A DNA stretch of 64,000 nt from an uncultured virus (IMG/VR IMGVR_UViG_3300025015_000444) (lineage: Duplodnaviria; Heunggongvirae; Uroviricota; Caudoviricetes). The notes beneath the pieces were generated by a model. It searched no databases, was not told the DNA's origin, and was given only the letters and a program-made list of their open reading frames with translations. The stretch's first letter is position 1, and the number at the start of each line of letters is the position of its first letter. Below, in pieces: positions 46,661-56,647 of this stretch. The position numbers and the translations under genes were made by a program. The stretch lies in the IMG/VR virus record IMGVR_UViG_3300025015_000444; one strand, given 5' to 3'.

Positions 46661-47739
46661 CAGATCAACTCACCAACCGGGGTCGGGGCTACCAGACAAG
46701 CCCCCCAGCCAACCTCTCGGTCACTCACGGTGTTCACTGGATAGACATACAACAACACAGCCCTCAGGGTGCAGCCATTGGCCAGTACGGTAGCCAATGC
46801 CCGAGTAGCCGTATCCAGGAAGGAGAAAGCGGGTTGCGTCCCACCCGCCCCAGCCATTTGAACCACCCATTGATGCTTGACCAGTATGCGGTCAATCTTG
46901 AGGTGCTCCGTCCCCACTTCGACCTGAAAGCCCTTCTGTTCCAGGAAGGTCTTGATCCCATCCTGAAGCGTTCCCAAGGCTGATCGTCGGCCCTGAGTTG
47001 TGGATAGAAACCGCCAGGCGTGTTCCCGTTCTTCCTCGGGGGTCATCCGGGCTAGGGCAGACCCAGAAGGAATAGGCACCGTAACTGGGGCAGGGACTTG
47101 GCCACGACGGTATGTCGGATGGTCCGTCTCGGCTGAACCCCAGACAACCAGGGAGGCATCCTGGTCCACGGGTACCAATTCCTCGGCAGCATGTTTCATG
47201 ACATCCAAAGCACCGTCTGGCACCTGAAAGGCTTCTCCAGCCCCCCTCAGTCTCTTGGCTTCATGAACTGTTATGTCCTCGGCAACAGCAACAGAGGCAT
47301 CCTGCAAGAGTTTCCCAATCAGGATCGGGTTCCGGGCATTGGTGTGAATGGGAACAGCCGGGGCAACCCCTTTCGGAAGCGGTCCTGTACGAAACTCAGG
47401 GATGTCGCCGTCAAACTGGGATCTTTCAATGAGAGCAGCCTCATATAGCGGATTGAGTCGGGGAAGGCCGACCCCAGTATCAATCACGCCTGTCGGTAGG
47501 AGTAGTACATCCCGATTCTGGTTGGGGGATCGTAAGACTGCTGTGGCCTCACGGGCCTGTTCCTGGAAACGCCGCGCCAAACTGGGATCATGGGAGACCT
47601 GGGCTAGAAGTTGTTGCATGGCTTCGGTTTCGGAAAGACGACCCGACTTGGCAGCATCCAGAACCTCAACCAGTTCCGGACATGTGTTCCGCAACCGTGT
47701 GAGTAGATTGTCGAAGGCTCCCCGAATCTGATCATTCAT
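46660..47739 (-). CDS. hypothetical protein
   Basis: long ORF in operon. Confidence 0.65.
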   Translation of the reverse strand: MNDQIRGAFDNLLTRLRNTCPELVEVLDAAKSGRLSETEAMQQLLAQVSHDPSLARRFQEQAREATAVLRSPNQNRDVLLLPTGVIDTGVGLPRLNPLYEAALIERSQFDGDIPEFRTGPLPKGVAPAVPIHTNARNPILIGKLLQDASVAVAEDITVHEAKRLRGAGEAFQVPDGALDVMKHAAEELVPVDQDASLVVWGSAETDHPTYRRGQVPAPVTVPIPSGSALARMTPEEEREHAWRFLSTTQGRRSALGTLQDGIKTFLEQKGFQVEVGTEHLKIDRILVKHQWVVQMAGAGGTQPAFSFLDTATRALATVLANGCTLRAVLLYVYPVNTVSDREVGWGACLVAPTPVGELI

Positions 47740-48463
47740 CGCCGGGTTCTTTCTGGGGTTCTCCCATTCTGATGGTGGCTCCTGGTGCCACCACCTTACC
47801 TTTGGGGGGTGGCGGAGTCCAGGGGTCTTTGGCAGACCGACTCGATGGGGGTGAAGGACCGCTGACCATTCGGCCACCTACGGGCACGGATGTGTTTCCC
47901 AGACTCGGCGGCGGACCAGGTACCCGGACAGGGGGTGGGGGAGAGACAGCCACCGGTTCCGGCTCGGCATCCAAGATAGTCTCGGGATAGTCTCCTTGCT
48001 GAAGTTCCCGTGCAGCCTCTTCAGCGAATTCATCTTGATGAACCTCAACGGGATCCGGAAGGACCGGTTCTTCCTGTCCTTTGGCCTTGGCCAGAGTTCG
48101 GACAGCAGCATCAACAGCCTGAGTGGTTGCGACCCGTGCAGGAACCACACGGCCATCCAGAATCGGAACCTCAGGGATCTCCCAATCCTTTCGTTGACCG
48201 GCGAGTTCCAAACGCATGGCTTCTCGGAGCAGGGACGGGAAATCTGCAATCTGGGCATACTTTGGGTTCTTGGGATCAGCCTGAGGAGTATGAAACAGTC
48301 GTTCAATCTGGGTGTTGACGCGAGCACCAAATTTGTCCTGTGACCATTTGGCATGGGCACAGTTGGTGTTCCGACAACGGGCACAAAAGGTTGCCTGGAA
48401 CCCTGTGAAATCCCGATCCCCTGGCGAGATGTCCGTGATGCAGTCGTTGAGAAAGTCTGACAT
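47732..48463 (-). CDS. hypothetical protein (Cys motif, Pro-rich tail)
   Basis: FCARCRN.NC; operon overlap. Confidence 0.65.
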   Translation of the reverse strand: MSDFLNDCITDISPGDRDFTGFQATFCARCRNTNCAHAKWSQDKFGARVNTQIERLFHTPQADPKNPKYAQIADFPSLLREAMRLELAGQRKDWEIPEVPILDGRVVPARVATTQAVDAAVRTLAKAKGQEEPVLPDPVEVHQDEFAEEAARELQQGDYPETILDAEPEPVAVSPPPPVRVPGPPPSLGNTSVPVGGRMVSGPSPPSSRSAKDPWTPPPPKGKVVAPGATIRMGEPQKEPGDE

Positions 48464-48464
48464 G

Positions 48465-48908
48465 TCAGGTTTTCGCTTTCTGGGTGTCCTCATACTGAGC
48501 CTGTTCCAACCAAGCAGCTTGTCTGGTAGCCCCCGGGGTGCCGGGGGGACGATTGAATGTTTCGAGATGTTCCCGATGAGAAGGCTGAAGGGACATCGTG
48601 GGTATGTCCAAAGCCGGGCTTCGCTTGGTTCCATCCGGAGATACATACATCGGGGGTTGCCCCTGGTCAGAGATGTTCAGAAAACGGGCGTGGCTACAGG
48701 TCAGGCATTTGTCTTTGGTCATTTTGAGTAAGCCACAGATCCGTTGCCAAACCTGGAGACGTTGGAACTCCGTGTTGCTGAGATTCTTGGCACGCCAATC
48801 CCCGACAGCATCTGTACTGGCCGCCCCTGGTGGTGGGAAAGCCCTCCAATGAAGACACACCAGGTTTTGTTGTTGCTCCTCATGAACGACCCGAAGGGTT
48901 GCCATCAT
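48465..48908 (-). CDS. hypothetical protein
   Basis: ATGA overlap. Confidence 0.55.
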   Translation of the reverse strand: MMATLRVVHEEQQQNLVCLHWRAFPPPGAASTDAVGDWRAKNLSNTEFQRLQVWQRICGLLKMTKDKCLTCSHARFLNISDQGQPPMYVSPDGTKRSPALDIPTMSLQPSHREHLETFNRPPGTPGATRQAAWLEQAQYEDTQKAKT

Positions 48909-49378
48909 AAGATTTGTCTCCGGGTCGTCAGTTGGGAATCCAACTCTGCCAACTGGGCTTTCAACTGGGTCGCAGCAGCTTGAAAACCTTCCAACAAGGA
49001 AGGCTCTTGCACCTCGACCATCGCTGACTCTACCAGAGCCAGCCGTTCAGTCATCTGTTTCTTCTGAACCTTGAGGAGGGCTTGCTGTAGCGTTCCAGGA
49101 AGAAGAACATGTTGGTTCTCCAGTTCTTCAAGCATGTAGCGTAGGGTTTGCTGTATCTCCAGGGATTGTTGAACCCCCTGCTGAATCTGGGCAAGGGGGT
49201 TGTTCCAAAGAGGGCACGACTCGGAGCATGTGTCTTGGGGACATCCCCCAGGTGCGCCTGGGCAATTTCTGGTTCCGTCCTCGATACCTAGAATGGTTTC
49301 CAGGAAACGTACTCGTTGGAGCAGGGCTGCTTTAGAAGAGGCCACGGTCCCTCGCCAGATAATAGAATGCCTGATCAT
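48905..49378 (-). CDS. coiled-coil hypothetical protein
   Basis: operon position after the polymerase. Confidence 0.5.
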   Translation of the reverse strand: MIRHSIIWRGTVASSKAALLQRVRFLETILGIEDGTRNCPGAPGGCPQDTCSESCPLWNNPLAQIQQGVQQSLEIQQTLRYMLEELENQHVLLPGTLQQALLKVQKKQMTERLALVESAMVEVQEPSLLEGFQAAATQLKAQLAELDSQLTTRRQIL

Positions 49379-52300
49379 CCACCAACACCGGAGAGTCTGA
49401 GTCCCAACCCTCTAGCATCTCTCCGGAGGGAGCCACCAACCGCAAGGTCTTGGTCCCCTGCCCCCGGCATTTGTGGATCAACTCGGCCAACACATGCAAG
49501 AGGGATGGAACCAGGGGCACACCGATACGGAACTCATAGACCCCCCCTGGGGGAGTGTTGGGTGGTCCCATTTTGAGAGATGGTGGGATCGGGGTGGACT
49601 CAGGCTTTGCGGCCGAACCCACCCCGAGAATCGGTGGGGTAGAACCCGTAGGGGAGTTTGATGAGGATGGTGTGGTTGGGCTTTTCCCTCCGTCAGAGGG
49701 GGTGGGAACGCCTTGAGCGACCGGAAACCAGGGTCGCAGAGAATCGGGCCAAGAGGGCAACGAATCCCAGTCTGCTCCATCCGGGAGTTTGGATTTGTCT
49801 TTGTACTTCTTGTCCCCAATGAAACGTGCCTCACGAGCCACCATACTATTCAAATCCCACGGCACTGTCCAGTTCGGACCGATCTCGACATCCGAGACAA
49901 AGGGGATTGGCCAGTTTCGTTCCAGAATGAGCTTGTTACGAGTCATGTGTCCAACGATGACCGGAAGAGCCTCCTCAAGAATATCCGCGTCAATCTCGAA
50001 CACCAACTCATCGTGCATACAGGCAACCAACAGAATCTTGGTGAGCCAGCCACGAGCTTTGCATTCTTTGTGGATCATTGCCATAGCCAGCTTGATCATG
50101 TCTCCGCCGCTGTTATGGACAACAGCCCCATCACAAACGAAAGCATGGTCCTCATCGAAGATCTCGATGTCATACATGGTTACGGTCTTCCCCATGTCTT
50201 CCGTGCCTGTTACCCGTTCGTAATCGTATTCCAGCACCTCACGTAGGAGTGAAGGAACCTCTAAGGTAGGAACTTGGTCCAGATACCTCAGACATTGGGG
50301 GCGACTTCCGGATCCGACGACCAATCGGAGGACTGCTGATTTCTGTGCTCTGGGTAAAGCGGCATAGATAGAGGAAGCGTACACAGTTTGCCCCACCCAA
50401 CGAATGATATCGGGGGGGAGCAAATGCCAATGATTGAGACAGTAACCGTCTTCACGCACTTGGGCCAAACGGTCGTTTTTGTACTGGATCAAGAACCCTA
50501 CTTTTGCCCGGAACGCAATTCGGTCAAGTACCGTGACCCGAAGACAGGAAGCCGTCCAACTTGCTCGGATACCTATACTGTTTAGAAGAGCCTGTGCATC
50601 TTCAAGTAAACCTTGGTTGACACTCCGTACAGAAACCGTATCCCCAGTAGCCGAGACACTGCCATCCGCACTGAAATACCCTCTTAGGAATGCAGCCCTA
50701 TTTTGTTGCGACTCAGACCATAAGGTACGGGGGAACCGTTTGGTGTAAGTGTTCTGATCTTCGACCCCTAACACTTGTCGGCAGAAGTCTCGAAAACCCT
50801 TGTTGTAAACCCGAATCTGCCACAGAGGTTGTCTGTGGGTCTCATCAGGAGGCCGCTCTTTTTTACCCACTGTCGCCTCAAGACTCGGCAAAGCACTGTT
50901 CAGTTTGTCAGCATAGGTGTGAGTCCAAGTCTCGGGATCAAACCCCAAAGCAAGATTTGGACCCACATGGAGAACAAAATCGTTGGTGTGGATCGAACCA
51001 TCGCCATAGATGAGGCCCAGAAACTCCCACAGCACCTCAGAATTTCCCTGGAGAGAAAACCGTTTGGTATTGTGCGGGGTCATTCCCGAAGAAAACAGAT
51101 GCCCGTCTTGGGGAGTGCGGGCGGTTTGCCACATATAAGACGGTTCCGGATACTCTATCGAACACCTGTTTGTGGCTACCCAGGTATTCGGCGTCAAATC
51201 CTCTTGCCGTAACCACTCAAAGCACTCCGAGTGTTGCCCCCCTTGAGCCGCCCATGTCCGAAATAGGTGGTCCGGACTCGTTCGTAAATGGCGTCCGCTC
51301 TCCAGGGTGGTTTGGCAAAGCTGTTTCTCCCCTGAGAACCGTGCCCGACCTGCTTGCCACGTCCGCCCTGTCCAAACCCGAAAACCCCCATTTCCGGCTT
51401 CCTGTCTGTCCCAAAGTTCTTTCACGGACAGCAAACCAAGAGATGTGGGTATACGGCTGTCCGGATGCAAACAACCCTGAATAGGACCATTAACTGCGTT
51501 TCTCTCAGCTTTGGATCTGAACCCCCCATCGGCATTGTCGATGTCTGGCACCGGGTACATTCGGTTGAAAGCTGTCCGCACGAACTTGTGTTTGCGGGCG
51601 AAGGCATGTTGATTCAGCCACCAGGCTTTCAAGCCTCGATAGGTAGCATCAAACTGTCTCTTGATCCGATGAGCTTCATTCTGGTCGCAGCCGGTTGATC
51701 GTTGAACAGCACTTGGCCCACCACCATAGCTCAAGGCAAAGTTGGCTTTCTTGGCTGAGTCGCGTTTCTTCTTCCAATCCGCGGCCTTGATGGCTTCACG
51801 TCCGTAAACTTCCAGACCGGTGAGGGTATGCAGATCCCCGATTTTGTCTGACCCACAGTTGGGACAGCGACGTGGTGGGGCTTCGGGGGTGGTTTGACCA
51901 TCACCTCGGTCAAAGGTGCGATCACAATCGGCACAATGGAAAAACTCAGCCACCCATTTAGGCTCTCCTGATAGGTTCGTGGCAAGTCTTAATTCTTCCC
52001 CTGAATAGTCGGCAGATACCAGGTACTTCGGAGGAGTACCCGCCGGAGTCGGTCGGGGTGTGATGCACTCTCGCAGGCGAAGCATACACTCCGGTCGCTT
52101 CGTGTCATAGGTCGCCGGAAGACCTTGAAGGTTGATTTGTGGGAACCCCTTGAGCTTCCCCCGTTCGCTATCCCGCGACGGGGTAGCATACCTACCAGTA
52201 TCAGTCCCATCCTGACGGAAGTTGATTCTCATCGTGTCATCGGTTGGTTCACTGTCCAGGAGCATGGGGTAGAGATAGCTGGATAAAGCCTTGCCGGTTT

Positions 52301-53654
52301 CCCTGAACTTCTTGATCTTCTGCATGAAGGGGAAAGTCTCTCCGGCTTCTTCCACAACCCGGTCAAGTTCATCCTTTGAGGTCTTGACTTGTCCGGATTT
52401 CTCGGTGAACTTGAGGCCCGGTACATTCATCTCCTGGAACATGCGCCCCAGTTGTTGTGGGGAACTGAGGTCGTACACGGGGGGAAAGGCTTCTTTCTCT
52501 CGCATGATGGGAGAAACCGGATTCGGATACTGACTGGGGGCTATGACCTCTGCCCGTTCCACTTGTTGGGACACCAGTTGGTTGCGGTCATCGGCCTTGA
52601 AGTTATCCCGAAGAGCCTTGTATGCACCCGGCATGACATCCCGGCCAAGAATCTCGGATGCCCCCTGATATACCTCCATGACCGATGCGAACCATTCCTT
52701 CTGGCCCAGTACCGTCAACTCCCAAACCTTGTTCATGTCCAGATGAATCCGGTTTCGTTCCATCCATCGGGTTGCCGTCACACAACCTTTCTCGATCTTG
52801 TAGACCCCTTTCTGGGTCCTCTCATCCGAGGCGGGTTCCAACACCGCAGGGGCCAGAACCGGATATAGCAACACGGTACAGATGGCATCGCCTCCAGCGT
52901 AGATCAGGACTTCGGGGTCAGTTGGGTCAAGGAGAGAGAAATTCTTGTCCCCCCGATAGTCCTTGGGGAACAACTCCTCAAGCTCAACCATTTCTATCCC
53001 AAGCAGTTCCTTGGCGAGCTTTTTCAAGCCTCTGGACCTTGCCCGGCTGTCCCGCAAATAGGCCATGAGCATCATGCAATCCCAGGTCTTGACCGCTTCC
53101 CATGTCCCCCACGGTTCCTGACCGTTGAACTGCAAGAACTCTTGGTCGAATTTGGCATGGAAAAACGTGGCAATGGTCTTACCCGCCTCAGTAGATGTTA
53201 GGAGTCGGCGGAAGGCAGGGTCAAAAACAGACATGGGGATGTTGCACGCTCTTGCTGTGCGCGTTCCGTTCAACTCTATTTTGTAGTGGTTCAGCGGGAT
53301 GTAGTAGCCCGTGATCCCATCAGGAGACAGACAAATGCCCGCAATCTTATCCTGTGTGACCAGTCGTTCCCCGTCCGGGAAAACCCGATTATCCAGACCG
53401 GAGGTCTCCAGGTCAATCCCGTATCGCCCTGAAGCAATACAGAGATTCATGATGAGGTCCAGGTTGTCCACGGTACCCAGAATGAACTGTTTCTGCTCCA
53501 TCCAGGGTCTACGGGTGATTTGCGTCTGTTGCCCTGTAAGCTCATCAAACAGGTCAACGGCATTTGCCGGGGTCTTGTGCGTTGGCGGAAGCAATATCTG
53601 AGGGGTCGGAGGATCCTCATCGAGGTCCAACAGGCCCAAAGCATCCTCACTCAT
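49332..53654 (-). CDS. polA: family A DNA polymerase with 3'-5' exonuclease and intein
   Basis: IDLETSG, HAKFD, TDTGR, ADYSGEELR (A), AKKANFALSYGG (B), NGPIQG, MHDEL (C). Confidence 0.93.
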   Translation of the reverse strand: MSEDALGLLDLDEDPPTPQILLPPTHKTPANAVDLFDELTGQQTQITRRPWMEQKQFILGTVDNLDLIMNLCIASGRYGIDLETSGLDNRVFPDGERLVTQDKIAGICLSPDGITGYYIPLNHYKIELNGTRTARACNIPMSVFDPAFRRLLTSTEAGKTIATFFHAKFDQEFLQFNGQEPWGTWEAVKTWDCMMLMAYLRDSRARSRGLKKLAKELLGIEMVELEELFPKDYRGDKNFSLLDPTDPEVLIYAGGDAICTVLLYPVLAPAVLEPASDERTQKGVYKIEKGCVTATRWMERNRIHLDMNKVWELTVLGQKEWFASVMEVYQGASEILGRDVMPGAYKALRDNFKADDRNQLVSQQVERAEVIAPSQYPNPVSPIMREKEAFPPVYDLSSPQQLGRMFQEMNVPGLKFTEKSGQVKTSKDELDRVVEEAGETFPFMQKIKKFRETGKALSSYLYPMLLDSEPTDDTMRINFRQDGTDTGRYATPSRDSERGKLKGFPQINLQGLPATYDTKRPECMLRLRECITPRPTPAGTPPKYLVSADYSGEELRLATNLSGEPKWVAEFFHCADCDRTFDRGDGQTTPEAPPRRCPNCGSDKIGDLHTLTGLEVYGREAIKAADWKKKRDSAKKANFALSYGGGPSAVQRSTGCDQNEAHRIKRQFDATYRGLKAWWLNQHAFARKHKFVRTAFNRMYPVPDIDNADGGFRSKAERNAVNGPIQGCLHPDSRIPTSLGLLSVKELWDRQEAGNGGFRVWTGRTWQAGRARFSGEKQLCQTTLESGRHLRTSPDHLFRTWAAQGGQHSECFEWLRQEDLTPNTWVATNRCSIEYPEPSYMWQTARTPQDGHLFSSGMTPHNTKRFSLQGNSEVLWEFLGLIYGDGSIHTNDFVLHVGPNLALGFDPETWTHTYADKLNSALPSLEATVGKKERPPDETHRQPLWQIRVYNKGFRDFCRQVLGVEDQNTYTKRFPRTLWSESQQNRAAFLRGYFSADGSVSATGDTVSVRSVNQGLLEDAQALLNSIGIRASWTASCLRVTVLDRIAFRAKVGFLIQYKNDRLAQVREDGYCLNHWHLLPPDIIRWVGQTVYASSIYAALPRAQKSAVLRLVVGSGSRPQCLRYLDQVPTLEVPSLLREVLEYDYERVTGTEDMGKTVTMYDIEIFDEDHAFVCDGAVVHNSGGDMIKLAMAMIHKECKARGWLTKILLVACMHDELVFEIDADILEEALPVIVGHMTRNKLILERNWPIPFVSDVEIGPNWTVPWDLNSMVAREARFIGDKKYKDKSKLPDGADWDSLPSWPDSLRPWFPVAQGVPTPSDGGKSPTTPSSSNSPTGSTPPILGVGSAAKPESTPIPPSLKMGPPNTPPGGVYEFRIGVPLVPSLLHVLAELIHKCRGQGTKTLRLVAPSGEMLEGWDSDSPVLVDDQAFYYLARDRGLF
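50112..51473 (-). mobile_element. intein (454 aa) with LAGLIDADG homing endonuclease
   Basis: IQG|CLHPDS start, TSPDH block B, LGLIYGDG and LRGYFSADG, VVHN|S end. Confidence 0.93.
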
Positions 53655-53674
53655 CTCATTTCCCTCCCCCTCTA

Positions 53675-54130
53675 TTACCCGACCGGATAACCAAACTCCG
53701 TGTCTGTCGGCACAATCACGTATCTTTCCTCAGCCCAGGCCAATACCACTATGGTTGCCGCCTCCTGGGCTTCTGGAGAATTCAAGCCGGGGGGAACGAA
53801 ACAGTTTGGTACCCTGACACAAGGATGACACTCCTTCTGAGCCAACGGACAGGATTTGGACATAGAACACTGTCTGTGGCCCTCTGGGATGCGTCGGAGC
53901 AGCATCTTGGGTGCTGGCCCTATCTGAGTCATCAGGGGCCGTAAATGCCCCCGTAGGGCATGAGACAGGGCTTCCCCACTGACCTCTGCTATCAAATCCC
54001 CCCAGGGTGTGCCCCGGAGAGATGTGAGAACCCCCCACCGGTCCCCTCTGAAAGGAACAGGACGCAGGATCTTGATTTCGCCCCATTGGGGGTGCTCAAC
54101 AGTGAAACGAGCGGTTCCGTCGTCTGTCAT
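53675..54130 (-). CDS. hypothetical protein
   Basis: ATGA overlap; Cys cluster. Confidence 0.6.
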   Translation of the reverse strand: MTDDGTARFTVEHPQWGEIKILRPVPFRGDRWGVLTSLRGTPWGDLIAEVSGEALSHALRGHLRPLMTQIGPAPKMLLRRIPEGHRQCSMSKSCPLAQKECHPCVRVPNCFVPPGLNSPEAQEAATIVVLAWAEERYVIVPTDTEFGYPVG

Positions 54131-54729
54131 CCGAGCATTTCCTTGGTCAACCGGTGATGAAGCTCCCCAATCTTCTGTTTGGCCAGTCGCTCATCTAACC
54201 CGGCTTGTGTGGCCTGATAGGTTAGATAGTCATAGGTCTCCCAATAGGCCAGGAGGCGGTCAAGAGCCAGACTCCGTTCGAAACTGGCTCTGTCTAGGAT
54301 GTCCTTTACTCGACCCCGACCAGCTTCAAACGTGACCGGAGGAGTGATCCGGGTCAGGCACTCATCTGTCAAGCCCCGCGAATCTCCCGGTCTAACCGTT
54401 TGAGGCTCTGGTCCTTCCCAGGGAAGCGGTTGGAGTCCATATTGGGACTCCAACCAGGACATGGCTTCGGGGAAGCTCAGGTTCTTCTTGATCCGGACAA
54501 GCTCAATGGCATCCCGGCTTCTGTCACATGCAAAACAGTAAAATTGCTGAGAATCAGGATAAACCCGTGCCGAAGGCTTGTTGTCCCGACCGTCCCCGTG
54601 GAGATCACAGGGGAACTGTTGTTCTCGGCCCCCACCGTCAGACCGAACCTGATAACCGAACGAAGCCAAGACGGCGATGATCGGGATCTCTTTCTTGATC
54701 CTCTCGACCCGTCGTTTCGGCCAACCCAT
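54127..54729 (-). CDS. CHC2 zinc-finger (primase N-terminal-like) protein
   Basis: FPCDLH..D.KPSA.VY...FYCFAC...DAI.LV...SF.EA..WL. Confidence 0.82.
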   Translation of the reverse strand: MGWPKRRVERIKKEIPIIAVLASFGYQVRSDGGGREQQFPCDLHGDGRDNKPSARVYPDSQQFYCFACDRSRDAIELVRIKKNLSFPEAMSWLESQYGLQPLPWEGPEPQTVRPGDSRGLTDECLTRITPPVTFEAGRGRVKDILDRASFERSLALDRLLAYWETYDYLTYQATQAGLDERLAKQKIGELHHRLTKEMLG

Positions 54730-54732
54730 GCC

Positions 54733-54963
54733 CTAATCTACCCGACCACGGGAGGGAGTCCCACCACCGTAACCATCCGCTGCCCAACCGCCGCCGACCA
54801 ACTGAAAATGCGAAGCTGAAACCAACTTGCGGGTGGTGCTCCCACAAGGTTCCTGGTTCTCCTTTGAAGGCTTCGGACATGGGGGATTGGGACTATCGGC
54901 TCGGGGCACCAACTCCTCAAAACGGTACCCGCAGACTTCACAGGTGTATTCATACAGGGGCAT
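54733..54963 (-). CDS. FmdB-family zinc ribbon protein
   Basis: MPLYEYTCEVCG..FE, CP, F.L.GGGW..DGY. Confidence 0.85.
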   Translation of the reverse strand: MPLYEYTCEVCGYRFEELVPRADSPNPPCPKPSKENQEPCGSTTRKLVSASHFQLVGGGWAADGYGGGTPSRGRVD

Positions 54964-54973
54964 CCGGTTTCCT

Positions 54974-55069
54974 TCACCCGTTGATGTTCAGTCCACCCGG
55001 TCCATGTTTCAACACGTTGGCCGCCACTGAACCGATCAGGGGTTTCCTGGCTAGAGTCAGGACGATCAC
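54974..55069 (-). pseudogene. truncated MTase-middle cassette E
   Basis: MIVLTLARKPLIGSVAANVLKHGPGGLNING, then TGA where cassettes A and D have Cys. Confidence 0.7.
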
Positions 55070-55377
55070 CCCTGTTTCCCAACCTGTTTGAAGAACCGAC
55101 AGGAGACATCTCCCATAACCCCAGCCTGCAAAATCAGATTCGCGGGCCATCTCCCGAGAGGATTCGGATTATAGCCGTTGTCTTCTTCACCGGCATAGTA
55201 GCCCCAGGATCGAAACTCACGCACATCGGAGAGTAAGCCTCCCGACCCCCCATGTAGGTGTTCTATGGTGGCGAGACGACATTGATCAATGTTCAAACCA
55301 CCCACTCCGTGCTTCAGGAGGTTGATCGTCAACGAGCCTTCTGAACAGGGTTTCCTGGCCAGGGTTAGGGTGATCAT
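55066..55377 (-). CDS. MTase-middle cassette D
   Basis: MITLTLARKP..GGLNID..GRWPANLIL..RFFKQV. Confidence 0.75.
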   Translation of the reverse strand: MITLTLARKPCSEGSLTINLLKHGVGGLNIDQCRLATIEHLHGGSGGLLSDVREFRSWGYYAGEEDNGYNPNPLGRWPANLILQAGVMGDVSCRFFKQVGKQG

Positions 55378-55997
55378 GGTTCTCCGGATCCCCCAACCTG
55401 CTTGAAAAACCGAGAGGCTCCCCCAACGTCATAATGCGAATTACTTCTCCTGTCTTTACCCCCAAATCCAAACATCCCGCCCGATTGCGCTCCTCTTTGA
55501 CTCGGCCGTCCTGTTGCAGGTAGGGTACCACTTAGTTCGTCCAAACCAGACACAGGACAGCCCGATTGACAATCCCACGTATCCACGGTTTCCATTCCGT
55601 CGGTATTCGAATAACCCCGTCGAGTGGCGTCAGTAGGACGGAATCGCCAATTGGTCTTGTCTTGCCGACCATCATCCCCACTAGGTCGAGTATCCGTGCG
55701 ATTACCCCGCACCTGTTGGATTCCCCTCTTTCGGCATCCTGGAAGGTGGCACAGAATCAAGTTCGCGGGCCAGCGTTCCGTTGCTATTGGTATAGGTGGG
55801 GTTCCTTGTGGATAGGGGGCGGGTCGATAACCCAGAAGAGCTAACTGAGCATTGTAGCGATCCATTCCCGAAGGGAGTTTGCTGGCAGCAGTCCCAACCC
55901 GACTCTCGTCGATGTTGATCCCCCCAGTTCCGTGCATCAAGACTGTTTGAGCAACAGAACCGATCAAGGGCTTCCTGGCTAGAGTCAAGACAATCAC
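55374..55997 (-). CDS. MTase-middle cassette C
   Basis: same conserved blocks plus CHLPGC..WDC..GCPV. Confidence 0.8.
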   Translation of the reverse strand: MIVLTLARKPLIGSVAQTVLMHGTGGINIDESRVGTAASKLPSGMDRYNAQLALLGYRPAPYPQGTPPIPIATERWPANLILCHLPGCRKRGIQQVRGNRTDTRPSGDDGRQDKTNWRFRPTDATRRGYSNTDGMETVDTWDCQSGCPVSGLDELSGTLPATGRPSQRGAQSGGMFGFGGKDRRSNSHYDVGGASRFFKQVGGSGEP

Positions 55998-56596
55998 GGT
56001 AGCCGACCCCCAACTTGTTTGAAGAACCGGGCAGCTCCTCCTGAGTCTCCCCGCAACCATTCTGATCGTACTGGTTGTCTGTTGAACGGTTGAATGACCC
56101 AACTAGGGTTTTTCTCCGTGGTCTTGGCCCCACCGCCACTCATCCCAGGACAATCCCCACTCTGTTCATCCAAGGCAGCCACAGGGCACTCTAATTGGCA
56201 GTCCCAGAGATCTACTTGTTCGACTGGTGTCGTTGTCCCCTCATAGGGGTGTCCTGCCCCGCCCCCGAAGGGCTTGGCACCATCAGACCAACGATTGATC
56301 TGATACCCGGGAACCGTGGTAGTCCCTGTCTTTCGGCAGCCGGGAAGATGGCACAGAATCAGGTTTGCGGGCCAACGCCCCATCGGGTTTGATTTCACAT
56401 TAGTAGCCAAAACAGATCCGTCTGAGGGTCTACGTGTTCCGTAACCGCCGCCCCGTATGTCTGTTTGCGTCCCCCATTTCCAAGCTGAACCCAAAATACG
56501 GGTGCCGTCGATATTAATTCCTCCAGTTCCGTGCTCCAAGGCGTTGACAGCCACGGACCTAATCAGAGGCTTCCTGGCTAGGGTCAAAACGATCAC
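55994..56596 (-). CDS. MTase-middle cassette B
   Basis: same conserved blocks. Confidence 0.8.
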   Translation of the reverse strand: MIVLTLARKPLIRSVAVNALEHGTGGINIDGTRILGSAWKWGTQTDIRGGGYGTRRPSDGSVLATNVKSNPMGRWPANLILCHLPGCRKTGTTTVPGYQINRWSDGAKPFGGGAGHPYEGTTTPVEQVDLWDCQLECPVAALDEQSGDCPGMSGGGAKTTEKNPSWVIQPFNRQPVRSEWLRGDSGGAARFFKQVGGRLP

Positions 56597-56647
56597 CCCT
56601 GTCTCCCAACCTGTTTTCGGATGCTCTCCTGGTTCATGGCATATCTC

